Positions 37,300 through 50,219 of a stretch of 64,000 bases of DNA are shown one piece after another. Source of the DNA: Vicugna vicugna. Taxonomy: Eukaryota. Each line of letters starts with the position of its first letter. Within the stretch, counting starts at the first letter, position 1. The DNA is taken from contig MU061542.1 in assembly GCA_013265495.1 (NCBI GenBank), positions 278,972 to 342,971 on the forward strand, written 5' to 3'. Below the pieces are notes generated by a model. The model was not told the origin of the DNA. It saw only the letters and a list, made by a program, of their open reading frames with translations, and ran no database searches. The translations under genes and the position numbers were made by a program.

Positions 37300-40200
37300 C
37301 TTGAATAGCCCAAGGCCAAGGACACATTAGGATCTGCCCCTTCTCAAGTCAGGTCAGCACTGGCAGCAGTATATTACCTTATTGTCAAATCCAGGTTTCA
37401 GCAAAATATCCTTTGTTTGGACTGGGGCCTGTGTGGGTGCAGTGGCGTAATGGAGAAATGCTTCTACTGGAGTTGGGCCACTGCATCAGCTGTGTTCATT
37501 AAAGGTTCACAGGACATCCCATAACCTTCTGGTTCATCCCGCCACAGTTGGTGGTATTGCACTAGCTTGAAGCTCTTGTTTCAATAAGCTGTTGTATCAT
37601 TCTATAATTCCCATGGCCTAGAGAAAGAAAAATACCATATGAGATCGCTCATATGTGGAATCTAAAAAACAAAAACAAAACAAACAAACAAAAACAAAGC
37701 ATAGATACAGGACAGAAATAGACTAATGGACAGAGAATACAGACTTGTGGTTACCAGGGGGGTAGAGGGTGGGAAAGGATAGACTGGGATTTCAAAATTG
37801 TAGAATAGATAAACAAGATTACACTGTATAGCACAGGGAAATATACACAAAATGTTATGATAAATCACAGAGAAAAAAAATGTGACAATGAGTTTGTATA
37901 TGTCCATGAATGACTGAAAAATTGTGCTGAACACTGGAAATTAACACAACATTGTAAAATGATTATAAATCAATAAAAAATGTTATAAAAAATTTTAAAA
38001 AAAGGTTGTAAGGGACATGAAACCTCCCTTCAATATGCATGTCTCATGTTCATTTCTGCACTTGAATTCCAGTGATTGAGAGCCCTGGTCACTTTCAACC
38101 ACTAGAGGGCGTCCATACGCCACACAGAGACATGCTAACACTTTCAATACAACCCTCTATTCCAGGTGTCCAGCTGGATAGGCCGCCAACAGGCCTGCAG
38201 CAACACCTACACAAGTGATGGCATAACAATAGTCTTCAGAGTGGGGCAGTGTCCACCTGTCAGTGAGTTAGAGTGATCTGCCCCTCAATACCTGGCCTGA
38301 GGTGCCTGGGGGTTTGCCTGGGGAGATCTTTTGAACATATCACACATTGCTCACAGGCATTTTGCACTCCTGCCAAAATCACTGGCAGTCCCCAGGCATG
38401 TACAGTGGCCCACATAGTCTTTTGCCTTGTATGTAACAAGCCTCGATGCAGCCATTGTGCCACATCACTTTTGGGAGCTCTATCTCCTGTGGCAATCTCT
38501 AGCCTTTGGAACTTTGCCAAGGTATTGGCCTCATCATTTCCCAGTGAGGCCCAAAGTGCATGTCCAGTCACATGGAACACAATCACCTGCTTTTGATGAC
38601 CTAACTCCCATAGGTCCTGCCACAAGGCTTGCCTCACAAGGGCCTATGTGTGACTGATCATTTGTTTAAATGACAAGTAGAAATCCATAGGGTCAGTCCT
38701 CTGTAGACTGCACAACTATCAGTGTAGACAGCAATGGGTGACGATTCATTGGCTACAACCATTCCACATGTAGCTCTGCCCATTGACTGCTCTGGCCAGT
38801 CCCAGTATCATACCAAGTGGTATCAGACTCAGGCTGAATGGCAACTGCCATCTAAGTCAGAGGCTGCCTTCATTTAAGCCATCCATAGACCATGCATCTG
38901 CCGGCACAGGGGCTCTACCTCCTTGGTAGGGACTAGCTTGCGGTTCAGTCCCCAAAGGGGGCTCAGCAGAGGGCATGCTATCCACACAAGTCACTGGCCC
39001 CAGGACCTCCTGGAGTTCCACACACAAAGGGCTCATGGAAAGAATACTCTGCTGCTGTCAATGTGCCCTCATTTTGCCAGTGTAGGTGTTTGGGCTGCCT
39101 CACTTTGGGGCTTTGAGGTCCACTCTCTTACCAACCCTCTGTGGGGTAGGTGGTGCCGACTGTAACTGGTGCTATGCCAGTTACACTCTCAGTAGCCAAC
39201 AATGTCACATACATAGCATCCAATTGTTTTTACATGAGGGAATGTCAGCTTTCTGCTCCCTTCCAATAATTGGGCCCAAAACCCTATGGACTGTCACAAA
39301 TGTTCTAAACATTGCCACAGACTCCAGCCAAATCCCTCAGGAGCAACATGCACATTTAATTCACAAGGCTGGGCTGGTTCAAAAACATGCAAGGCTTGAG
39401 CTGCCTTAATTGTTCTCTAAGCATCAGCAAAGGCCTGATCTGCCTCTGGAGTCCAATCCCAAGTGGCTCCCTTGCACACCAGGGCATGCAAGGCTGTATC
39501 AACTGAGCTAAGTTGGGGGCCAAAGCTATCTGGTACCCCAACAAACCTAGAAATGTTTTCAACTATTTATTTCAGGTAGGATAGGCTTGTATCTTACCAA
39601 TAACTGCATCAGGAATAACTTTAGTCTTACTTGACCATACAACCCCCAAGAACTTTACATATAATCCAGGCACTTGCAATTTGCTCTCATTGAACACCCA
39701 GCCACATGTTTTCAGCTGTGACAAAAGAGGGGGGACAGCCTTCTCCAAATCTGCAAGAGAATCACTGGTTGATCACTGGCCATCAATATAATGGTACATG
39801 AACACTGTAGGTGGCCATTCCCTCTTGGCTAGGTCAAAGGCTACCAAACCATGGCACCATGTAGGACTATACAAATATCCCTCAGGTAGGGCTGTAAACA
39901 TCCACTGTCATCTTTCCCAGATGAAGGCAAATTGATCTTCTCTCCCAGGGGTGATGTCAATTGAAAAGAAAGCATTTGCTAGATAGGCCACAAAGTGATA
40001 TGTGCCCAGCTCATGGCTTAGCTGATCCATCAATTTGGCCACCAAAAGCACTACAGCATGCAGTGGAGGGACCACATTATTTAACTCTCAGTAGTCCACA
40101 GTCATTCTCCAAGTACCATCAGGCTTATGCACTGGACATATAGGAAAACTGCATGAAATATGGGCTGGCTATATAACACCCACTTTTTCTAAGTCTGCAA

Positions 40201-40640
40201 AAGTGCCTGTGATTTCATCATGGCTTCCTAGCAATCTATATTGCTTGGTATTAGTGACCCACAAGAGAACAGGCAACCGTACTGGAGGGTGTTTTGCATG
40301 CCCTTGTTCTACTGCCTTCACCACCTGCACTGGCAGATGGAACTCACCAGTGGTTGTCTGTAGCCACAAATCTTGGAGCACATTTACGCCCAATATATAA
40401 TTTGTTACTGGGGACACATGAATTTTGTTTTCTTTAGAAGGCAATTGCCCTATTCCAACGGGCAATTGTATAGCTTTCACCTGGATACTTTTCTCCCCAT
40501 AGCCATCTATATATGACACTGGATCTTGAAATATATCCAGGTTGTCATGTAACAGGGTGCATCCAGCCCTCACATCCACTAAGGCCAACACTCACTGCAC
40601 ATTGGTTGGGGACCAGTAAATAGAACCTCTTCATCTGGCC
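37300..40640 (-). pseudogene. pol: Class III protease-RT-RNase H-integrase, disrupted
   Basis: Protease LALVDVRAGCTL; RT QWMFTALPEGYLYSPTWCHG, MYHYIDG, KFLGVVWS and FLGLLGY; RNase H VYTDS and HVTGH...GNDEANTLA; integrase H..H..CEQC and HVPYN..GIIE*YNSLLK. The lower boundary is approximate. Confidence 0.9.
37621..38004 (+). mobile_element. Short 5'-truncated young L1 3' end inserted in the ERV integrase
   Basis: It reads 'gagaaagaaaaataccatatgagatcgctc'...'aatcaataaaaaatgtt' plus an A-tail, and has the same 3' UTR type as 45993-46270. Confidence 0.92.
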
Positions 40641-40689
40641 TCTGGTACCCACCTGCCCCTGTAGATGAGTTCCTTGGCCCTCATCTTAT

Positions 40690-42075
40690 TCAAAGGCAAA
40701 CAAAGCACCTCCTAGGGCAGAACGTAGTCCTCAAAGTGCACTGCTCAGGTTCCCTGAGACTCCCTAGTGCTCTTTACTGGGACATTACTTCTCATGGAAG
40801 TGAACCTCTGATCCTCCCTCAACTGCTTCCTTAACTCCAGTAAATGAGAGGTTTCCCATCTATCTTAACTTGGTCTACACCAGCTCCTACAAGGTCTACC
40901 CACAACTGGGCATGAATGACCCCTATGGGTTTTCCAGTCTTTTTTGAAAACTTTTCCATTTGTCAGGCAGTGGCCCATATGCCATTCTGCTGGCAACAGC
41001 TTTCTGTCTCATCCAAACTTGTCACCATTGTGGTGACTTGATTAATCTTTTGTCTCACATACAGGGCCAATATATCCACAAGGGTACAAAGGATTCTGAG
41101 GAGATATTTTGCAACACCAAATCCCTCATCCCTGCTGTAAACTGCTCCTCAACAGGGACATGTGTATCTGAATTGAACAAGGCTTGTTGTATCCCCAACT
41201 CCTAGAGCACTTACACTAGCTCCCCATATGACTGCCATTTACTTACAGTCTTGGGCATGTCCCCCACATTGGCCCACACTGTCCACACTGCAGCCATCAC
41301 CATCACCCAATCCAACAAGGAATAGTTTCTTTCACCATGGCATCAGTTATTCTGTAGCCTTTGTTGCATAGATGGATGAAGGGTCACTGAGGCTACTTTC
41401 TCCATTTCCTGGGGAGTACAGACAATCCCATCTATCTTTAAATCCCACAGGTGTAATAGCCAGGTTGCCAGTGGCTCCCCAGGCTTCTGGTGGAACCACT
41501 CACCAAGTTCCACAAATTCTGCCTGAGTATATGGGTGGTACTGGTACTTTGTGAACTCAGTCATCTGCAGGAGGCCAGCAGCCTACCCTCCTAAGGCCAT
41601 CAGCTGCTGCTGCTGCTTCTCTGGCACAACTGGCCAGACCTGCAGTCATGCCTCCTCTTCTCCTTCAGAGTAGTGTACTATCACCAGAGGGGGTGCAGCA
41701 GGCTCCCCAGGGCCCATAAGTCTTTCCCCAGGGCTTGGGTGTGAGCTTCCAAAGCCTCCCCCCTTGCCTGCAACTCCTAAATCTTTGCTGCTTCTCGCAG
41801 TGAGGTTTCAGTCAAGGCCACCTCTTTACGTCTAACTCCCTAACCTTCACTGCTTCTTGCAGCGAGGTATTGGTTTCAGCCCATAGGGCTGTGAAGAACA
41901 CCCATCCCATAGCTTCGGTTGCCATGTGGACATTCTGCTTATCCAGGGACTCCTCCATCTCCTATAGGTCCTTTTCCACCTGGACAGGGGACCCATCCAC
42001 CTGGCCATTCCCAGGACGGTGCCCAAGCAGAAAGGAGGTTTGCTATCGAGTACCACATACCTGTCAGGGGCCACT
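40690..42075 (-). pseudogene. gag: Class III gag, disrupted
   Basis: YTQAEFVELGEWFHQKPGEPLATWLLHLWD is an ERV-L/HERV-S-type capsid motif. It lies between the PBS and the protease. Confidence 0.82.
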
Positions 42076-42125
42076 ACTCAAGTACCCCCTGGGGATTTAG
42101 AGGGTTACCTACCAGTCCATGGTGA

Positions 42126-42143
42126 ATCCTGTCCACTACATCA
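42126..42143 (-). promoter_or_regulatory. Primer binding site, tRNA-Ser-like
   Basis: Minus-strand TGATGTAGTGGACAGGAT matches 14/18 to the recalled tRNA-Ser complement TGGCGTAGTCGGCAGGAT. It sits 2 nt from the LTR. Confidence 0.72.
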
Positions 42144-42145
42144 CA

Positions 42146-42482
42146 TGTATTGCAAGTGCTCAAGGCCTGGCAGGTTCATTTGAGATTCAGGCAGACTAAA
42201 GAACACTCTCAGAACTGTAGGTATCTCTGACATGCCTTTACTATGGGGGAGTACACAGGAGATAATGGCAGTGGCAGCAGAAATTGCTGTCCACCTTATA
42301 TATCAAGGCAAACCAAGCCAGTATCTAGCCAGCTGTTACCTAGGAGCTAACCAGTGCACTCTTGTAGTGCAAATCATGCTTATATAACACTACATAGGTA
42401 CTGTGCATGCATGATATCATAGTTGAGTCACTGGACACAAGATGTCTGGTGAGGGAGCCTGAGTAACTCCATTTTCCCTATA
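42146..42482 (-). repeat. 5' LTR of class III provirus (337 bp)
   Basis: Direct repeat of 35465-35782 with an extra ~19 bp. It is adjacent to the PBS. Confidence 0.95.
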
Positions 42483-44803
42483 ATGGTGTCATTAATATTC
42501 ACCTTACAGCCAACATGGGATGTAGAGGGAACAGAAATACTGAAAGTTTGGATGAACATCAAGCAATCATGTGTTGCTTGAAAATGAAAATACATCTTTC
42601 TTGCTCACTGCCTTGGAGGCATTCTTTCCCTCCATGAATCCTTATCACTCTCTCCCTCTTTATTCTGTTTTCAGCTACTTCAAATTGAAAGATAATTAGA
42701 TGTAAGACTGAGTTACTGATGACCATACACACCTGGGGAAATTTAAGTCCAGGAGAGACTCAAACTTTTATGGCTTTCTTAAATGTAGGGATAAAAGTCA
42801 CCTCCTACCTGGTCTGATGAGGAAAGACTTTGTGTGAAGTTAATGGTGAGGTTTGAGGAAGTTTTTCAGTAGAGAAAGTAACATGTTCTTGCACATATGT
42901 CTATGTTGGGGTGTGGATTATCTGGAGCAATACAATATATGTTGTTGCTTCTATCTCTGAGTATATAGTAATAATTGATGTGTTATATGCTTATTCTCAT
43001 GTTATGCTCTCTTTCTTCTCCACTCAATTAGTGTCAGAGGGAATTCTAATTGAGAAAGACTACATATACAGAAATGCTTGTACATCTGAGACTCCACTAT
43101 AGTCATGATAATTTTTAGTTTTTATTGTTGGTGTTTTGATGGCAAATGGAGACAATATCCTACAAAAATCATTCTTTGGGGTTATGGATGTGTCGCCTAC
43201 CTGACAGGTTCAGTTATGGACGGCTACCAGGTATACCACTTTTTAAAAGCATCTCTTGGCTTTTTACTGGAATTGTATTGAAATTAAATGTCTGATACAA
43301 AATGTCATTTGACTCTCTGGTCTAAAATACTCATTTCATGGTGTCATCTTGGACTCAATGACTAATACAATGAATAACATTCAACAAGCCTCACTAGTCA
43401 AATAAGAAATGGTATAATCAATAATGCAACAAGACTGACCTCAGTAGCAACATGATTACACACGAAAGGTAGTTCTCTTTGGTGAAAATGTTATCTCCCA
43501 CTCCATCATATGAAGCAAAAAGTTTAGCTCACTGAGGATCTCTATTTTCAGAGTTTCACTTAATTGCTAGGGTTCACTAATATTTAGGGAAACCTAAGGT
43601 CAATGAATTCCACTTGCTGCTACAATTGTTCAACTTGGGTAGTTTCCACTTTTTGTCTATCATGAACAATGCTGCTCTAAGCATAGAGTATAAGTTTTTG
43701 TGTAAACATATGTTTTCTTTTCTCCTGAGTACATATCTAAGATTAATATTGCTGGGTTATATGTCAGTTCTGTTTAAACTGTTTAAGAAACTCCCAAACA
43801 GTTTTAAAGGTGGCTGCACAATTTCACATTACTACCAACAGTATGTGAAGGTTCCAATTATTCTACTTTCATTTTAATACTTATTTTTCATTTAAATTGA
43901 AAAACATATAGCCATAAGAGTGGATATAATGAGATATTCCACTGTGGTTTTGATTTTCTTTTCCCTGATGAATAATAATGTTGAGAATGTTTTCATGGGC
44001 TTATGGGCCATCTGTGTGTCTTTGGAGAAATGTCATTGCCCATGTATGTTTATTTTTGTTTTATTATTGAGTAGCATGGATTATTTATATATTCTAAAAA
44101 CAAGTTTATTATCAGATATTTACAAACATCTGTTATACTCTGGCTTGTCTTTCAACTTTCTTGATGGTATCCTTTGAAGAATAAAATTGAACATTTTGAT
44201 GAAGTAAAATTTAGTCTATTTTATCTTTCGTTGCTGGTACTTTTGGGGTTATTTTTACAAAGACTTTGTCTGAACCAAAGTCATATCTATTCACTTCCAA
44301 TTTTCCTTTTAAGAGCTTTATAATTCCACCCCTAACATTTATGTCTGTGATCATTTTCAGTTAATATTCTGAGTATAGTTTAAAGAAGGGCAACAATTTT
44401 ATTACTTTGCATATCTTTGGATATCTTGTTGTCCTAGCAGTATCATTTCCCTATTAAATCATCTTGGCATACTTCCAGTGTCTTGGTTATTGTAGCTTTG
44501 AACAAGTTTTAAGCAGGAAAGGTAAACCTTCCAATATTTTTCCTTTTATTTTCAAAATTGTTTTTGCTATCCTGGGCCACATGCATTTCTATCTTAACGT
44601 TAGGATATATCTTTTCAATTCCTGCAAACAAAACAAACAAACAAACAAAACAGCTGTGACCTTGATAGGGATTGTGTAGATCAACCTGGGGAGTACTGCC
44701 ATCTCAATATTACTTCCAATTTCTTTCTAAGAACGTTATAATTCTACTTCTAACACTTGCATCTTTGATTATTTTGATTAATTTTTTATATGGTTTGAAG
44801 AAG

Positions 44804-45313
44804 TGTAATAGAGAAGAAAAAGTCTGACCCCATAATTGATCTATTCCTTTTATTTAACCTTTGTATTCTTTTGTTACAAATTAATCACTAAAAGATGTTG
44901 CCTATAGCTTAAAGTATACATAATGGTCCATCTTCAGGAATGCTCCCTCCCATGCTTGAGTGTTAAGCTAAAATACCTTTGTTTACCATACAGGAAACAT
45001 CCTTACCAGGCCCACCTGTGAATTGCTGCTGGAAAGAATAAATTAACATATCACCACTGAGGAGTCTGGGCAGAACCAAGAAATATTTGCAACAACATAT
45101 TGCCTTTTTAACTTTACCCATACACCTCCTCCATTTTGTTCTATAAAAGAATCTAGCAGCCAAACCCAGGAAAGATTGTTCTTTGGCACACTAGTCCACC
45201 ACCTTCTTTGGATCTGTTGGCTTTTCTGATAAACCATTCCTTGCCCCAACAATTCATTCCTCAATTTGTTGGCCTGTGCTACAGCAAGCAGTATGAGCTT
45301 GAACTTGGTAACA
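44804..45313 (+). mobile_element. Class I ERV solo LTR (510 bp)
   Basis: It runs TGTAA...TAACA with a perfect 4-bp TSD 'gaag' (44800-44803, 45314-45317). It has 'ctataaaa' at ~45141 and a variant poly(A) signal 'gataaa' at ~45228. Confidence 0.9.
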
Positions 45314-46269
45314 GAAGGGAAACAGTTTCATTCTTTATGAATTAATATAATCAGCCAATTAATAGACTTATTAACATTTAATTAGCTATGGTCTAATTTC
45401 CTTCAATAATGTTTTGTAGTGTTAAGTATACATATCTTTCAATTTTTGGCTACATTTGTTTCTAAATATTGTATATATTTGATGGCATTATATATGAAAT
45501 TGTTTTGCTTAATTTAGTTTTCAGTTTGTTTATTGCTAGTGTGTACAAATAGAATCACTTTTTTTTATTTTGATGGTATATCCTGTAACCTTGCTGAAGT
45601 AATTTATTAAATCTATTTTTTTTTATTTTTTAGTGGATTCCTTAGGATTTTCCACACAAGGTTATGTCAGGTGCAAATATATTCTATTTTACTTATTCAT
45701 TTCCATTTGGATTGTATTTATTTATTTTTGTTGCCTAATATTTTCCTAGCTAGGATATGTATTATAACTATAATTATGATAGAGGGAAAGATTCTGTCTT
45801 GCACCATTAAGTATGATGATAGCTATTGTTTTTAAAGGATGGCCTTCATCAGGATGAAGTAGTTTTTGTTTATTACTACTTTAAGTGTTTTATCATAAAG
45901 ACTGTTGGACTACATAAAGGCTTCTTTTTATTGTGCCTAGTGAGATCATATGAATTTGTCATTTATTCTTTTCTATTGACAGAATAAAGATATTTTTTAA
46001 CATTTTTTATTGATTTAAAATCATTTTACAATGCTGTGTCAAATTCCAGTGTGTAGAGCATAATTTTTCATATACATGAACATATACATATATAAATATA
46101 TATATATATATATTCATTGTCACATTTTTTTCTCTGTGAGCTACCATAAGATATTGTATATAATTCCCTGTGCTATGCAATATAATCTTGTTTATCTATT
46201 GTACAATTTTGAAATCCCTGTCTATCTCTTCCCACACCCCACCCCCTTGGCAACCACAAGTTTGTATTC

Positions 46270-49200
46270 TGACTTACTTCACTTAGAATGACATTCTCCA
46301 GGAGCATCCATGTTGCTGAAAATGGTGTTATGTTCTCAGTTTTTATGGTTGAGTAGTATTCCATTGTATAAATATACCACCTCTTCTTTATCCAGTCATC
46401 TATTGATGGACATTTAGGCTGCTTCCAAGTCTGGGCTACTGTGAATAATGCTGCTATGAACATTGGGGTGCAGGTGTCATCCTGAAGTAGGGTTCCTTCT
46501 GGATATATGCCCAGGAGCAGGATTCCTGGGTCATATGGTAAGTCTATTCCTAGTCTTTTGAGGGATCTCCATTCTCTGATAATTAGTGATATTGAGCATT
46601 TTTTCATGTGTCTATTGATCATTTGTATGTCGCCCTTGGAGAATTGCTTGTTTATGTCTTCTGCCCAATTTGGATTGGGTTGTTCATTTTTTTCTTATTG
46701 AGTCATGTGAGATGCTTATATATTCTGGAGGTCAAGCCTTTGTCGGTTTCATTTACAAATATTTTTTCCCATTCCATAGATTGTCGTTCTGTTTAACTTA
46801 TGGTTTCCTTTGCTGTGTAGAAGCTTGTAAGATTCATTAGGTCCCATTTGTTTATTGCTTTTATTTATTCTGGGAGAAAAATTTTGAGATGTATGTCAGA
46901 TATTGTTTTACCTATATTTTCCTCTAGGAGGTTTATTGTATCTTCTCTTATGTTGAAGTCTTTGATCCATTTTGTGTTGATTTTTGTGTAAGATGTAAGG
47001 GAGTGTTCCAGCTTCATTGTTTTCCATGCTGCTGTCCAGTTTTCCCAACACCATTTGCTGAAGAGACTGTCTTGATTCCATTGTATATTCTTGTCTCCTT
47101 TGTCGAATATTAGATGACCCAAAGTTTGTGGGTTCATTTCTGGGCTCTCCATTCTGTTCCATTGGTCCATATGTCTATTTTTGTACCAAAACCATGCTGT
47201 CTTGATGACTGAAGCTCTAAATCATTGTCTGAAGTCTGGGAGAGTTATTCCTCCAACCTCTTTCTTTCTCTTCAGTAATGCTTTGGCAATTCTAGGTCTT
47301 TGATGGTTCCATATATATTTTATTATGATTTGTCATAGTTCTGTGAACTATGTCCTGAGTAATTTGATAGGGATTGAATTAAATCTGTAGATTGCCCTGG
47401 GCAGCGTGACCATTTTAACAATATTGATTCTTCCAATCCAAGAGCATGGGATATCTTTCCATTTTTTTGAAGCCTTCTTTAATTTCCTTTATCAATGGTT
47501 TATAGTTTTCTATGTATAATTCTTTCACCTCCTTGGTTAGGTTTATTCCTAGGTATTTTATTACTTTGGGTGCTATTTTAAATGGGATTCTTTCTTTAAT
47601 TTCTTTTTCTGTTATTTCATCATTAGTGTAAAGAAATGCAACCGATTTTTGAATGTTAATCTTATAACTTGCTACCTTGCTGTATTCTTCGAGTAGCTCT
47701 TGTATTTTTTTTGTGGACCTTTTAGGGTTTTCTATATATAGTAACATGTCGTCGGCATATAGTGACACTTTTACCTCTTCTTTTCCAATTTGGACCCCAT
47801 TTATTTCTCTCTCTTGTCTGATTGCTGTGGCTAGTATTTCCAAGACTACGTTTAATAGGAGTGGTGATAGTGGGCAGCCTTGTCTTGTCCCAGGTTTTGT
47901 GGGAAGCTTTTAGTTTTTCACCATTGAGTACTATGCTGGCTGTAGGTTTGTTATGTATAGCTTTTATGATGTTAGATATATTCCCTCTATACCCATTTTG
48001 TTGGGAGTTTTTATCTTTAATGGGTATTGAATTTTATCAAATGCTTTTTCTGCATCTATTGAGATGATCATGTGGTTTTTGTCCTTTCTCTTGTTGATGT
48101 GATGTGTTACATTGATTGATTTGCATATGTTGAACCAGCCTTGTGTCCCTGGGATGAACCCCACTTGGTCATGATGTATAGTCTTTTTTATGTGTTGTTG
48201 GATTCTATTTGCTAATATTTTGGTGAGGATTTTGGTGTCTATGTTCATCAGTGATATTGGCCTACAGTTCTCTTTTTTGGCAATGTCTTTGCCTGGTTTT
48301 GGTATCGGGGGGTGGTAGCCTCATAGAATGAGTTTGGGAGTATTCCCTCCTTTTGAATCTTCTAGAAGAGTTTGAGAAGGACTGGTATGAGTTCTTCTTT
48401 GTATGTTTGGTTGAATTTCCCTGTGAAGCCATCCGGTCCTGAACTTTTATTTGTAGGGATGTTTTTTATTGCTATTTTGATTTCATTTCTACTGATCAGT
48501 TTGTTCAAGTAGTCAGTTTCTTCTTGATTCAGTCTTGGTGGACAGTATGTTTCCAGAAACTTGTCCATCTCCTTTAGGTTATCCAGTTTGGTTCCATATA
48601 GCTTTTCATAATATTCTCATATGATATTCTGTATTTCTATTTTATTTGTTGTAATTTCTCCATTTTCCTTTCTTATTTTGCTAATTTGTGCTCTAACTTT
48701 TTTCTTCTTTGTGAGTTTGCCCAGAGGTTTGTCAATTTTATTTTTTTTTTTAAAAACCAGCTTTTGGTTTGATTGACTTTTTCTATGGTCTTCTTAATCT
48801 GTATTTTATTTATTTCTTCCCTAATCTTTATAATTTCCTTCCTTCTGCTGCCTTTTGGGGCTTTTTGTTCTTCTTTTTCTAGTTCATTCAGCTGGTGGAT
48901 TAAATTGTTTATTTGAGATTGTTCTTCTTTTTTGAGGAAGGCCTGTATCACTATAAGCTTCCCTCTTACCACTGCCTTTGCTGTGTCCCATTAGTTTTGT
49001 GTGGTTTTGCTTTCACTTTCATTTGTCTCAAGATTTTTTTTTTTTCAATTTCAGCTTTGATTTCCTCATTGACCCATTGGTTTTTCAATAACATATTGTT
49101 TATCTCCATGCCTTCCTTTTGTTCTCCTTTGTTTCTCTGTTTTTGATTTCTAGTTTCATGGCATTGTGGTCAGTAAAGATGCTTGAGATAATTTCTATCT

Positions 49201-49847
49201 TAAAATTGCTGAGGTTTCTTTTGTGCCCAAGTACATGATCAATCCTGGAAAATGTTCCATGTGCACTTGAAAAGAATGTATATCCTATTTTTGGGGGGTG
49301 TAATGCTCTGAAAATATCCACCAAATCTAGTTTTTCTATTGTAGTATTTAATTTCTCTGTTGCCTTGTTTATTTTCTGTCTGGAAGATCTGTCTAGTGAT
49401 GTTAATGCACTGTTAAAATCTCCAACTATGATTGTATTCCCATCAATATCCCCCTTTATCTCTATTAGTAATTCTTGTATGTACTTAGGTGCTCCTATAT
49501 TGGGTGCATATATATTAATGAGTGTAATATCTTCATCTTGTATCACTCCTTTAATTATTATAAAATGTCCTTCTTTATCTTTCTTTATGGCCTTTGTTTT
49601 AAAGTCTATTTTGTCTGAAATCAGTACTGCAACACCTGCTTTTTTGGCTTTTCCATTTGCATGGAATATCCTTTTCCATCCTTTCACTCTCAATCTATAT
49701 GTGTCCTTCTCCCTAAAGTGGGTCTCTTGTATGCAGCATATTGAAGGTTCTTGCTTTATTATCCAGTCTGTCACTCTATGTCTTTTGACTGGAGCATTTA
49801 GTCCATTAACATTTAGAGTAATTAATGATAGATATGTTGATTGCCAT
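46270..49847 (-). pseudogene. L1 ORF2p, disrupted; endonuclease domain open over 224 codons (49100-49774)
   Basis: The ORF track shows [38 protein letters not shown] and KYLGINL, with frameshifts between the pieces. Confidence 0.93.
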
Positions 49848-50219
49848 TTTGAACTTATCTTTGCAGTTGATTTGATATTTCCTCTTTGTTCCTTTTTTCT
49901 TTCCTTTATGGTTTGGTAATTTTCCTTTGTATTTTCATGGATTTTATTTAGTTTTTGTGACTCCCTTGTAAGTTTTTGTCTTGTGGTTACCCTGTTTTGT
50001 AAGTCTAATAGCCCATTAGGTAACTGTTTTTATTAAACTGATAGTAACATGATCTCAAACCCTTCCTACTGAGAACAAAAAATTTAAAAAAGAAAGAAAA
50101 AAAGTCTATATTTCCCTGCCTCCCTCTCCCACTCTCAGCGATTTGTATGTCTTCTTTAATAATTTTGTTTTTATTTTATTTGTAATAGATGAGTTATCAT
50201 CTTTCTAGTTGTGAGTTTC

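Larger units (their letters stand above)
35465..42482 (-). mobile_element. Class III endogenous retrovirus provirus, HERV-S-like, with env
   Basis: It has two short LTRs, a TSD atggc/atggt, a Ser PBS, a PPT (complement of 'ccccatcccttc' from 35783) and gag-pro-pol-env remnants on the minus strand. Confidence 0.92.

Noticed and set aside
46260..46580. Internal L1 deletions as spliced introns
   Set aside because: The junctions show short microhomologies rather than evident GT-AG boundaries.
49100..49774. 224-aa endonuclease ORF as a domesticated gene
   Set aside because: It is the L1 ORF2 EN domain inside a TSD-bounded young L1. The native start is frameshifted, and an open stretch is expected from low age.
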